Positions 30,459 through 39,503 are shown, counted from the first letter of the stretch. The stretch: 64,000 bases of DNA from Deinococcus sp. (GCA_965261005.1 OZ253375.1:1824001-1888000), one strand, 5' to 3'. Notes: a model not told the origin generated them from the sequence alone. Program-made: numbers and translations.

Positions 30459-31430
30459 CTACAGCGTGACCGCTTGCCCCGTCCGGGCGCTCTTAAATAA
30501 GGCGTCCATCGCGTGGGCCTGGGCCTCGGCGTCGTCCAGGGTGAAGCGCAGGGCCTCCTCGCCGCGCGCCGCCTGGGCGAAGTGCTCGACCATCGCTTGG
30601 TAAGGGTCGGTGGGTGCGAAGCGCTCCAGGTGGTCGCCGAGTTGGAGCGTCACCTCCCGGTCCTTGCTGCCAAAGGGCACGTCCAGATTCAGCACGGCCT
30701 CGCTGCCCGCCAAGGTGAAGTGTTGGTTGTGCTGGGCCGTAAAGCCGCAATCGAAGTGCGCGCCCACGCTCCCCAAGTCGAGCGCCGCCGTCAAATCGGC
30801 GTCCACGTCCCCGGCCAGCCGCTGCACGGCAAAGGCCCGGACAGGCTCCAGGCCCGTCAGCAAGCGGGTGATGTTCAGGCAGTAGCAGCCCACGTCGTAC
30901 AGCGCGCCGCCGCCCTGCGCGGCCCGCCAGCGAAAGTCGTCGGGGCGGTCCAGCACGAAGTCAAAGGCGCTGCGCGCGAAGCGGGCCTCGCCCAACTCGC
31001 CCGCCCCGATCAGCTCGCGCGCCCGCCCGATCTGCGGGTGAAAGCGGTAGGAAAAAGCTTCCAGCACCAGCTTGCCGCTTTCCTGGCTGGCCGCGCGCAT
31101 CTGCCGCACCTCGCCGGCGTTCAGGGCCAGCGGCTTTTCGCACAGGACGTGCTTGCCGGCCCGCAAGGCGGCGAGGGTCAGCGGCAGGTGCAAGTCCCCC
31201 GGCAGCGCGTTGTAGACGGCGTCCACCCGGTCGTCCGCGAGCAAGTCCTGATAGCTGTCGTAGGCGCGCGGCGCGCCGAAGTCACGCGCGAACGCTTGGG
31301 CGCGCCCCAAGTCGCGGGCCGCGACGGCGTGGAGGGTGTTGCCCGGCGCGCCGAGGACGGCGGGCGCCAGCGCGCCCCGGCCGATGCGCGACGCGCCCAG
31401 AAAGCCCCAGCGAAAGTCTGCGGTGGTCAT
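30459..31430 (-). CDS. Gfo/Idh/MocA family oxidoreductase
   Basis: WGFLGASRIG, GKHVLCEKP and GGGALYDVGCY. Confidence 0.93.
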   Translation of the reverse strand: MTTADFRWGFLGASRIGRGALAPAVLGAPGNTLHAVAARDLGRAQAFARDFGAPRAYDSYQDLLADDRVDAVYNALPGDLHLPLTLAALRAGKHVLCEKPLALNAGEVRQMRAASQESGKLVLEAFSYRFHPQIGRARELIGAGELGEARFARSAFDFVLDRPDDFRWRAAQGGGALYDVGCYCLNITRLLTGLEPVRAFAVQRLAGDVDADLTAALDLGSVGAHFDCGFTAQHNQHFTLAGSEAVLNLDVPFGSKDREVTLQLGDHLERFAPTDPYQAMVEHFAQAARGEEALRFTLDDAEAQAHAMDALFKSARTGQAVTL

Positions 31431-31472
31431 GCTTCAGGCATAGCACATTCCCGACCGGCACATCCCCGCCCC

Positions 31473-32390
31473 TCAGCCCGCCATCCGCCGGCGGTACACC
31501 AAGCCCTGCTTGAGGGCCAGGACCAGGCCGCCCAACACCATCACCGCCAGGGCGTCGAAGGTCCAGCGGACGGCGGCGCCGCGTGCGGCGGCCCACTGGC
31601 CGGTCGAAAGGCCGATGCCGATTAGGGTCATGCTGGGCGCCAGGGCGAGGGCGATGTAGACGCCGCCCAGCAGCGGGGTGCGGCGCGACGTGACGATCAG
31701 GCCCGCCGCGATGGCCGCCAGGCCCTCGCCCACGGCGCTCGCGCTTGTGAGCTGCGAAAAGCTGCGCCCCAGCATTCGGTCGTCCAGGTTCATCGAGACG
31801 CCCGGATCGAGCCAGTGCAGCAGCCAAAAAATGGCCGCTCCCCCGAGGGCCATGCACAGGTAGCCGCCGACCACCGCCAGCGCGCCTTGCCGGGTGGCGG
31901 CGCGCGGCCCGTTCAGCAGCCCGGACGGAACGCGCAGCAGCGGCTCGACGTGCGGCCCGAGCAGCTGGCCCGCCAGAATGTAGATCAGTTGCCCTTGCCA
32001 AAAGCCCACGCCGGCCAGGGCGCCCGAAAGGGCCATCAGCAGCAGGTAGTTAAGGGTCGGGTTGGCGAAGTCCCCCAGCAGAAAGCTCAGCTCGGGGGCG
32101 TTCGTCTCGTTCTCCTCGCGGCCGAGGCGCTCTTGGTGGCTGGGGGACACAACCGCGCTCAGCTCGCTCAGCTGGACCGAGCCGCCCTCCAGCGCGCCGA
32201 GGTCTTCCAGCAGCGCCAGCACAGCGCGGCTGCCCCCGTTGGTGGTCTGAATGCTCAGCACGTCGCCGGGCGGCTTCAGCGAGGCGCCGCGCTGCACGCT
32301 CAGGCCGATCACGCCGCTCAGCTGCCGCACGCCCTCGATGGCGGCGGGGGTGTGGTCGGGGGACAGGCTGACCTCGATGTTGCGTGGCAT
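31473..32390 (-). CDS. DUF389-like membrane protein
   Basis: Soluble N-terminal domain, then about seven TM helices (AGQLLGP, GVYIALALAP); GAGG SD. Confidence 0.75.
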   Translation of the reverse strand: MPRNIEVSLSPDHTPAAIEGVRQLSGVIGLSVQRGASLKPPGDVLSIQTTNGGSRAVLALLEDLGALEGGSVQLSELSAVVSPSHQERLGREENETNAPELSFLLGDFANPTLNYLLLMALSGALAGVGFWQGQLIYILAGQLLGPHVEPLLRVPSGLLNGPRAATRQGALAVVGGYLCMALGGAAIFWLLHWLDPGVSMNLDDRMLGRSFSQLTSASAVGEGLAAIAAGLIVTSRRTPLLGGVYIALALAPSMTLIGIGLSTGQWAAARGAAVRWTFDALAVMVLGGLVLALKQGLVYRRRMAG

Positions 32391-32413
32391 AGGGCCTCTT
32401 TCAAGTGCAAGCT

Positions 32414-33444
32414 TCAGGGGCGGGGTGGCAGGTCCATCAGCGCCACGACGACGGCGTGCGGCAAGGTGAGCGCGGCAATCAGGGCCAAGTACAGCGCGAC
32501 GAAGACCTCCAACGACGTGACCCGGCCGGCGCTCCAAGCGTACAGGGCGCCCAGCGCAACGAGGGCGACCAGGGTGAGCGGCGCCAGGTCGCGCGCCAAG
32601 CGGGCGGCAGGCCGGAGCCAGCGTCCTCGCGCGATTCCCGCCGCGTCGGCGGGGCGCAGCACCAACAGGCGGCCCAGGTGGCGCGGGGCGTGCCATAGCG
32701 CGAAGTAGGCGCCAATGGACAGCGGCGCGGGCACCCAGACGAACACGCCGAGCAGCAGCGCCACCTCGCCCAGCTCCAGCGCGAGCCAGGCCGGGCTGCG
32801 GGCCGCCCGCAGGGTGTCGAGCGCGTAGCCCACCAGCAAGGCGGCGCAGGTGAGCAGCAGCGCGCCGCGCGCCCCGGATGACAGCAGGGCGCCGGCGCCC
32901 GCTGGGGCGCCGAAGGCGAGCGCCGCGCCGCGCGCCAACCGCCCGAAGTATTCGGGAAAGGCCAGCAGTGGGACCAAAATGGGCAATGCGCCGCGGGCCA
33001 GCAACGCGAGCGGCGCGCTCCAGCGGGCCGGGCGCCGGCGTCCCAGCGCGCTTTCCAAAAAGTGCAAATCGCCCTGCCCCCAGTGCAGCAGCGACACCGC
33101 CAAAAAGCCCCAAAAGGTCGCCAGCGGCGCGAGGCGCCACGCCAGCAGCACCAGCGCGGCCAAGGTCGCGTAGATCAGGCAGTACAGCAGCGTGGGTCCC
33201 AGGCGCTTGCCCCAAGCCCAGCCGCTGCGTCCGGGCACCAAGTGGTCGAGCGCCCCATGAGGCAATCCCAGCACGACGACACTGAAGAGAAGCGGCGCGA
33301 ACAGGTAAGCCTCCAAAGCCTGGGGCGCCAACGCCCACCCGAGCAGCAAGCCCAGCATGGCCGCCCAAGGCAGCGTGATCAGAAGGGCGCGCAGGCGGGC
33401 AGTCGCTTGGCGCCATCCAAAAGGCCGACGGGTATAGGCGTCAT
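32414..33444 (-). CDS. blh: Brp/Blh beta-carotene 15,15'-dioxygenase (continuous ORF from ATG 33358; SD-bearing start at 33444 is out of frame)
   Basis: GLPHGALDH, LHWGQGD, YFALWHAPRH and LTLPH His motifs; directly behind the rhodopsin gene. Confidence 0.9.
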
Positions 33445-33475
33445 CACGTTCCTCTGCGTCCGGTCGGGGCGCGGC

Positions 33476-33507
33476 AAAAGAAACCCCTCGCCCCAGCGGC
33501 GAGGGGC
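33476..33507 (-). terminator. Intrinsic terminator between rhodopsin and blh
   Basis: CCCCTCGCC-gctgg-GGCGAGGGG followed by TTTCTTTT on the minus strand. Confidence 0.75.
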
Positions 33508-33518
33508 GGCGCGAACGC

Positions 33519-34382
33519 TCAGGCAGCTTGCTGACGCTCGTCGCGCGCGGCGGGGTTGTCGCGCGAGGGGTTGAGCCGCTCGACCACCGAGGCCGCCGCC
33601 CAGTAGGCCACCACGCCCACGCCCACCTTGTTGATCACGTCGAACACCGAGAAGAAAATCTGGTTCCAGGTGGCGTTGTAGCCGGAGACCCAGACCAGCA
33701 GCACGTACCCGACTGGATAGACGCCCCACGTCGTGACGGTCGCGTAGGCCATGGTCATAAAGGCGCGGTTTTCCTCGGCGTGAGCGGCCTTTTGGTACTT
33801 GCGAAAGGCCGTGAACAGGATGATCGGAATGAAGATGTAGCCGATGGTCGAGATCCAGCCCCAGAATTGCCGGGTGCCGCCGAGGATGTTGCCGGTGGCG
33901 GTGATGGCGTTATCGCCGATGTAGCCGGTGAAGATCATAAAGAGGTCGGCCACGATCAAACCGATCACCGGCCAAATCACGTCCCGAATGCGCAGGCGCA
34001 GAATCAGCACGCTGCCCAGCAGCAAGAGCGGCGTGGTGATGCTCCAATCGAAGTAGCGGAACTGCCCGGTGGCGACGTAGCCCGCGTTGATCAGATTGTT
34101 GGTGCCGATACCGCCGGCGACGGCGTTTTGCTGGTCAACCGCTTGCAAGAAGTGGCGGTAGTTGTCCTGAATCAGGTAGTACGACAGGCCCGCCACGCCG
34201 CAGATAATCGCGTGAATGACCATCGAGACCCGGTGCTCGGGCACCACGCGGCCCTGCGAGGACAAAAAAAACACGAAGCCGCCGAAAAAGGCGAACATGG
34301 CGACCACCATGCTGTACCACGCGATCATGTTCAAAATTCCCACCCCGGCGGCGGTGGGAATGTAGATGCCTCCAAAATTCAT
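33519..34382 (-). CDS. Microbial (type 1) rhodopsin, DTG motif
   Basis: Seven TM helices; helix C RYFDWSITTPLLLLG, helix F WGVYP, helix G DVINK with the retinal Lys; GGAGGT SD. Confidence 0.95.
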   Translation of the reverse strand: MNFGGIYIPTAAGVGILNMIAWYSMVVAMFAFFGGFVFFLSSQGRVVPEHRVSMVIHAIICGVAGLSYYLIQDNYRHFLQAVDQQNAVAGGIGTNNLINAGYVATGQFRYFDWSITTPLLLLGSVLILRLRIRDVIWPVIGLIVADLFMIFTGYIGDNAITATGNILGGTRQFWGWISTIGYIFIPIILFTAFRKYQKAAHAEENRAFMTMAYATVTTWGVYPVGYVLLVWVSGYNATWNQIFFSVFDVINKVGVGVVAYWAAASVVERLNPSRDNPAARDERQQAA

Positions 34383-34424
34383 ACGACCTCCTGCTCTGCG
34401 CCGTGGCGCGGGAGAGAAACGGGT

Positions 34425-34691
34425 TTAGGAAGGCAAATTTTGGGAAGACAAGTTGAGCTGAACGCGCTCAAAGCCGGCGTCGTTCAGCAGCGTTTCCAAG
34501 TAACGCTGGGCCTTGCCGCGGCTGTCCCTTCCGGTCTCCGAAGTCAGCAGGTGGCGCTCGCCGTCCACCGTGGTGGCGAGCACCTCGTGGCGCTGCTGCT
34601 CATCGAGGCCGCTGGCCTCGATATCGAACATAACAACGTGATGAAGGGCCACGAAGGTGCCGGCCGGCGTCTGAACGAAAAGCGGTTTCAT
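34425..34691 (-). CDS. Hypothetical 88-aa soluble protein, upstream of the rhodopsin gene
   Basis: Leaderless start (TAGTGT 6 nt before the ATG); ends 42 nt before the rhodopsin; host-like codons. Confidence 0.7.
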   Translation of the reverse strand: MKPLFVQTPAGTFVALHHVVMFDIEASGLDEQQRHEVLATTVDGERHLLTSETGRDSRGKAQRYLETLLNDAGFERVQLNLSSQNLPS

Positions 34692-34950
34692 GGCCCAACA
34701 CTACGCGCAGTTATGTCGCGTCACGACAATCAAATCTAAATTTAGTTTCTTGCTAGGTTGTGCATTCTTTCATACTCGTGAATTTCATTTCAGGTTTACA
34801 TTCGAGAAGGTGGAGGGCCAAAGATGTGCGTGTGCCGCGCTTTTTTGAAAGAAGCCACCCCTTTACAGCGGGCAAAACAAGTCCACGCCGCGCCCATCCG
34901 GGTCCTCAGCCGTGGCGTAGCCCTGACCCCAAAAAGCGTCCTGGGGCTGT

Positions 34951-35985
34951 TCAGCTGCCCAGGTAGGCCAGCATCAGCTTTCCGGTCGCCTCCAGCGCGT
35001 CCAGGTGGGTGCGCTCGTAGGCGTGGCTGGCGTCCACGCCGGGACCGATCAGGGCGGCCGGGTAGTCGCCGCCCGCACGCCACGCGGCCGAGGCGTCGCT
35101 GCCGTAGTAAGGGTAAATGTCGGTGCGCAACTCCAGTCCCACCCGATTCGCCACCGCCCGCAGCCGGTTTCCGAGAGCGTGGTCGTAGGGACCACTGGAG
35201 TCCTTGACGCAGAGGGTGACGTGGTGCTCGTCGCTGTTTTGGCCGCTGCCAATGGCGGCCATGTCCACCGCGATCAATTCGTCGGTGTCTTCCGGAATGC
35301 CGTGGGCCGCGCCGTGGCCGACCTCCTCGTAGGTGCTCAGGTAGAAGTGGGCGGTGTGGGCGAGCTTCGCCTGCTGTTTCTGCAAGGCTCTCGTCACCGC
35401 CAAGAAAATCGCCACGGCGGCTTTGTCGTCAAGGTGGCGCCCCTTGAGGTAACCGCTTTCCGTCAGCACGGCGCGGGCATCCCAGCTGACGAAGTCGCCC
35501 ACCTCCACGCCCAGGGCGCGCGTGTCGGCGGCGCTGCGGGTCACGGCGTCCAAGCGCAGTTCCATGTTCGCCGCGTCGCGCCGCAGGTCGCGCAGTTCGG
35601 GGCCGTGGACGTGGGTGCTCTGCTTGATGTTCACCACCGTGCCGCCGATTGCCCCGCCGCCTTGCAGGTGAACCTGCGCGTACTCGCCCTCCACCGTCGC
35701 CCAGTCGTAGCCGCCCAGCTGCGTGAGGGCCAGCCGCCCGTTCGGCTTCAGCTCCTTGACCATGGCGCCCAGGGTATCCAGGTGGGCGCTGAACGCGATC
35801 ATCTTGCCCCCCGCCGGGCCGGGCAGGGTCCAGCGCAGCGCGCCCTTTTTGGTGCGCTCGCCCGCGACATTCAGCTGGGCGAGTTCGCCCTCGACGAGGC
35901 GCACGGCCTCCTCGGTGAGGCCGGTGGGGCTGGGCGTGTTCAGCAGGCGCAGCAGCACGTCCGCCGTGTAGGTGAGGTCGAACAT
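34951..35985 (-). CDS. M42 family metallopeptidase
   Basis: PSPTG, AHLDTLG, RHLDDK, YEEVG and SHAYER. Confidence 0.93.
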   Translation of the reverse strand: MFDLTYTADVLLRLLNTPSPTGLTEEAVRLVEGELAQLNVAGERTKKGALRWTLPGPAGGKMIAFSAHLDTLGAMVKELKPNGRLALTQLGGYDWATVEGEYAQVHLQGGGAIGGTVVNIKQSTHVHGPELRDLRRDAANMELRLDAVTRSAADTRALGVEVGDFVSWDARAVLTESGYLKGRHLDDKAAVAIFLAVTRALQKQQAKLAHTAHFYLSTYEEVGHGAAHGIPEDTDELIAVDMAAIGSGQNSDEHHVTLCVKDSSGPYDHALGNRLRAVANRVGLELRTDIYPYYGSDASAAWRAGGDYPAALIGPGVDASHAYERTHLDALEATGKLMLAYLGS

Positions 35986-36064
35986 TCGGCCACTTTAACG
36001 CGGCGCCGATGGAGGTGTTGAACTTTTTCGCCGACCGTCTTCGTAAGCTTCTTGGAGGTCCGTT

Positions 36065-36661
36065 ATGAACATTAAAAGCACACTCAGCCTGACCCTGCTC
36101 GCCACCCTCGCCGCCGGCAGCCTCGCCCTGGCCGCCACCTTGCCCACCTTCGGCTTCAGCAAGTCGGCCGGCGACAACATGATGACGATGGGCAACACCA
36201 TCGAGCTGACCGCCGCGCCGAACATGAAGTTGCTGTCGCACAGTGAGCAGGGCCAAAAGGCGACCTTGGTCTACGCCAGCGCCGACGCCAAGGCCGCCTT
36301 CGCGTTCTACGACGCCGCCCTGCGCGGCGAGGGCTGGAAAACCGACACCGCCATGAAGATGCCGGGTGACGCGATGGCCGGCAAGCCAGGGGAAGTCATG
36401 ACCGGCAAAGCCGGCGACAAGATGACCGGCAAGGCGGGCGACACGATGGCCGCGAAGCCAGGGGAAGTCATGACCGGCAAGGCGGGCGACGTGATGACCG
36501 GCAAAGCGGGGGACACGATGGCCGGTAAAGACGCCATGAGCGGCATGGTCATGGTGAAGGGTGGCCTGGAAGGCTACTACGTCCAAAAGAGCCTCAAGCT
36601 CGATTTGCGCTCGGAGGCCAAGAACGGCCGGACGACCGTGACGGTCCAAGTTCACCAATAA
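36065..36661 (+). CDS. Secreted Met-rich repeat protein
   Basis: GGAGG SD, signal peptide and an internal 7 x 8-aa repeat. Confidence 0.85.
   Translation: MNIKSTLSLTLLATLAAGSLALAATLPTFGFSKSAGDNMMTMGNTIELTAAPNMKLLSHSEQGQKATLVYASADAKAAFAFYDAALRGEGWKTDTAMKMPGDAMAGKPGEVMTGKAGDKMTGKAGDTMAAKPGEVMTGKAGDVMTGKAGDTMAGKDAMSGMVMVKGGLEGYYVQKSLKLDLRSEAKNGRTTVTVQVHQ
36365..36532 (+). repeat. Coding 24-bp tandem repeat, 7 copies
   Basis: GDAMAGKP GEVMTGKA GDKMTGKA GDTMAAKP GEVMTGKA GDVMTGKA GDTMAGKD. Confidence 0.9.
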
Positions 36662-36677
36662 GCCTGATTTGATGGAG

Positions 36678-36708
36678 GGGCGAGGGGGCCTAGACAGGCC
36701 CCCTCGCC
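36678..36708. terminator. Hairpin between convergent genes
   Basis: GGCGAGGGGGCCT-AGAC-AGGCCCCCTCGCC. Confidence 0.7.
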
Positions 36709-37221
36709 TCAACTCGGTTCCTCTGCGAACAGGCGGGCGGTGGGGCGCAGCAAGGCGACCTTGGCGACGGTCGCGTTGGTGCGCGCCGCCTCACCCGGCG
36801 CGCCCCCGGCGTGTCCGTCCTCGGCGACGGTGACGTGGTAGCCCAGTTCGGCGGCGCGCCGCGCGGTGGCCGCCACGCTGCCCGAGGGTAGGCCCGCCAC
36901 GGTCAGGCGCGTGACCTTGAGGGCGCGCAACTCGGGGTCGAGGTTGGTGCCCTCAAAGGCGTTCGGCGCGCTCGCGCGCAGCTGCAACTCGCCGCTCTCG
37001 GCGCGAAAGTCGGGGTGCAGCAGCCAGCCCCTCGTCAGCGGCTCGTCCACGCCCGGCACCTCGTCGTGCTGCACGTAAACGAGCCAGGCCCCCTGTGCCC
37101 GTGCCCGCAGCGCGAGGGCGTTCAAGTTGGCACTCAGTTCGGCGGCGTTCGGAACGGCGTGTTCGCCCTCCAGGGCCGCTTGCTGCAAGCCGAGCAGCAG
37201 CAGGGCGCTGGGCGTCGTCAT
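36709..37221 (-). CDS. Isochorismatase/cysteine hydrolase-fold protein lacking the catalytic triad
   Basis: VYVQH, NAFEGTNLDPELR, TARRAAELGYHVTVAEDGH; D/K/C positions substituted. Confidence 0.8.
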   Translation of the reverse strand: MTTPSALLLLGLQQAALEGEHAVPNAAELSANLNALALRARAQGAWLVYVQHDEVPGVDEPLTRGWLLHPDFRAESGELQLRASAPNAFEGTNLDPELRALKVTRLTVAGLPSGSVAATARRAAELGYHVTVAEDGHAGGAPGEAARTNATVAKVALLRPTARLFAEEPS

Positions 37222-37346
37222 GCTTTGGTTCCCGGCCACTCGGTATCGGTCGTGCTGATCATGGCGTTACCTTAGCGCGTGACGAGGGGGGATAAAACCT
37301 GTTCCTTCAAACACTTTTCTGACGCCGCGCGCGCTACAATCACGCC

Positions 37347-37937
37347 GTGGAAGCAACTCAGGTCGGGGCAACTCACGTTGGACCTGGACAGATCGGGTCT
37401 GGGCCTACTGGAACTGGACAAGACGCGGCGCACAAGCTGAACGCGCCGCGCGTTCTGGTGCTCAACGCCTCCTACGAGCCGCTGCACGTGGCCTCGGCCA
37501 AGCGCGCCATCACGCTGGTGCAGTACGGCGTCGCCGAGGTGCTCGAAGAGAGCGAGGACATGGTGCGCTCGCCCAGCACGGTGATCGCCATTCCCTGCGT
37601 GATCCGCTTGAAGCGCTACATCCGGCGGCCACGGGCGCACCCCGTCCCCTTCAACCGGCGCAACGTGTTGCGCCGCGATTTTTATACCTGCCAGTACTGC
37701 GGCGCCCAGCGCGAATTGACCTTGGACCACGTCACCCCGCGCTCGCGCGGCGGGCGCCACGCCTGGGAAAACGTGGTCATTGCTTGCCGCGACTGCAACC
37801 AGCGCAAAGGGAGCCGCACCCCCGAGGAGGCGGGCCTCCACCTGCGCGCCCGCCCCAAGGCGCCCACCTTCGGTTTATACGTCGCCGGCCACTTCGCCGA
37901 GTGGCACGACAGCTGGCGGCAGTATTTGTACGCTTAG
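37347..37937 (+). CDS. HNH endonuclease (McrA-like, Zn-binding)
   Basis: VLVLNASYEP, RDFYTCQYCG, TLDHVTPRSRGG and CRDCNQRK; TACAAT -10 box. Confidence 0.93.
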   Translation: MEATQVGATHVGPGQIGSGPTGTGQDAAHKLNAPRVLVLNASYEPLHVASAKRAITLVQYGVAEVLEESEDMVRSPSTVIAIPCVIRLKRYIRRPRAHPVPFNRRNVLRRDFYTCQYCGAQRELTLDHVTPRSRGGRHAWENVVIACRDCNQRKGSRTPEEAGLHLRARPKAPTFGLYVAGHFAEWHDSWRQYLYA

Positions 37938-38396
37938 AGCGTGAGGTACGGGCGCAGCTGATCGGCGTAATGGGCGCGCTCTTCCGGCGGTATCCGGCGG
38001 CGTTTGTTGTACTGACTGTAGAGATCGTCCCCTTCGTACCTGGGAAAGACGTGCATGTGGTAGTGCCACACGTCCTGATTTCCAGCCGGCTCGTTGTGTT
38101 GCCGTGTGCTGACGCCGTCGCAGCCGTAGGCCACCTTCATGGCGAGGGCCACCCGGCGCGAGAGGGCGTGAATGCGGGCGCCGAGGTCGTCCGGCAGGCC
38201 GTATAAAGTGCTCGACCGGCACGATTAGGACGTGCCCGGGGTTACTGGGCCACCCCCCGGCGGCGACAAAAGCCATCACATGCTCACCGCGGTAGATGAT
38301 GTCGCCCTCGCGCGACCAGACGTGCTCGTTCTCGACTCCGGCGGCCAGGAGGCAAAAGGGGCAGGAGTAGTTCTCGGGCGCGTGCGAGACGTTTAT
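37934..38396 (-). pseudogene. HIT family hydrolase, frameshifted
   Basis: CPFC and PGHVLIVP are in one frame; LYGLPDD and HYHMHVFPR are in another. Frame break near 38205-38210; the probable start codon reads ATA. Confidence 0.85.
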
Positions 38397-38458
38397 TCCG
38401 GCCAGTGTACCGGCCCCACGCCACATTCCCCTTCCCCGTCCAGTGCTGTACTTCTGGC

Positions 38459-39406
38459 ATGATCTGGGACTGCGTGATCGTGGGCGGCGGGCCGGCGGGG
38501 CTGTCGGCCGCCGTGTACATGGGCCGCTTTCTGCACACGACCCTGGTGCTGGACGCCAGTTTAGAGGGCGTGCGGGCGCCGGAGTCGGCCCTGGGGCGCT
38601 GGACGTATGGGCAGACCAACGAGAACTACCTGGGCTTTCCGAAGGGGATCAGCGCCCTGACGCTGCATCGCCGGGGTGTGGCACAGGCCGCACGCTTCGG
38701 GGTGGAGTTTCGCGCCGAGCGGGTGGAGCGGGTGGAGCGAACCGGCGAGGGCTACCGCCTCCTCACCGACGGCGGCGACGAGGCGGCCAAAACTGTGATC
38801 TGGGCGGCGGGCGTGCGCGACCATTGGCCGGACTTTCCGGGGGCGCGCAAATTGGTGGGCAAGCAGCTCTTTTGGTGCGTCGTGTGCGACGGCTGGCGCA
38901 CGCTGGACAAGCGCTTATTGTTGCTCGGCAACGACGACAAGGCGGCGCGGGACGTGCTGCAATTCCTGACCTACACGCCGCACCTGACCATGCTGGTTGA
39001 CCCAGAACAGGACCGCCTCAGCGCGCGGGCGAAACGGCGGCTCACGGCGGACGGCGTGGACCTGCGACACGGGCGGGTGCGACGGGTAGACGTGCGGGGG
39101 GGCAAGGTGAGCTGCGTTCACCTGGAGGGCGGCGCCCGGCTGGAGGCGGACTACCTGTTCAGCCTCTACGGCTCGTCGCCCAACACGGAGGCGCTCGCGG
39201 GCCTGGGCGTGGACCTGGCGCGCAACGGGCACGTCCGCATCAACGAGAAGAATCAGACCAATCTGCCCACTTTTTTCGCGGCGGGCGACGTGACCAACGT
39301 CCACAACCAGCAGGTGGCCAGCGCCGTCCACGAGGGGGCGCAGGCGGCGCAGGCGTGCAACCACGTTCTCTACCCGGAGCGGCAAACTTTGCCCAAGCTG
39401 GGCTAA
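38459..39406 (+). CDS. Thioredoxin reductase-like NAD(P)/FAD oxidoreductase
   Basis: IVGGGPAGLSAA, ENYLGFP, CVVCDG and FAAGD. Confidence 0.9.
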   Translation: MIWDCVIVGGGPAGLSAAVYMGRFLHTTLVLDASLEGVRAPESALGRWTYGQTNENYLGFPKGISALTLHRRGVAQAARFGVEFRAERVERVERTGEGYRLLTDGGDEAAKTVIWAAGVRDHWPDFPGARKLVGKQLFWCVVCDGWRTLDKRLLLLGNDDKAARDVLQFLTYTPHLTMLVDPEQDRLSARAKRRLTADGVDLRHGRVRRVDVRGGKVSCVHLEGGARLEADYLFSLYGSSPNTEALAGLGVDLARNGHVRINEKNQTNLPTFFAAGDVTNVHNQQVASAVHEGAQAAQACNHVLYPERQTLPKLG

Positions 39407-39464
39407 TTACAGCGTCAACTAAGTTTTGCGCTATATAAGCGCGCGCTATTCCCGAATCTGTTCA

Positions 39465-39503
39465 CCCCTCTCCCCTTGCGGGAGAGGGGCCGGGGGTGAG
39501 GGG
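39465..39503. repeat. REP-like palindrome
   Basis: CCCCTCTCCCCTTGCGGGAGAGGGGCCGGGGGTGAGGGG between convergent genes. Confidence 0.65.

Noticed and set aside
31473..33416. 647-aa ORF spanning blh and the DUF389-like gene
   Set aside because: The N-terminal part is an alternative frame of blh; the real start is the SD-led ATG at 32390
36365..36532. CRISPR array
   Set aside because: Coding tandem repeat without unique spacers; no cas genes and no array anywhere in the window
37347..37937. HNH nuclease as an IscB/Cas9-like RNA-guided system or restriction module
   Set aside because: No RuvC motifs, no adjacent structured RNA, array or methylase; it matches the common stand-alone short HNH family
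39425..39446. DdrO/RDRM radiation-response operator (TTGCGCTATATAAGCGCGC)
   Set aside because: Spacing does not fit the 17-bp motif, and it lies between convergent gene ends
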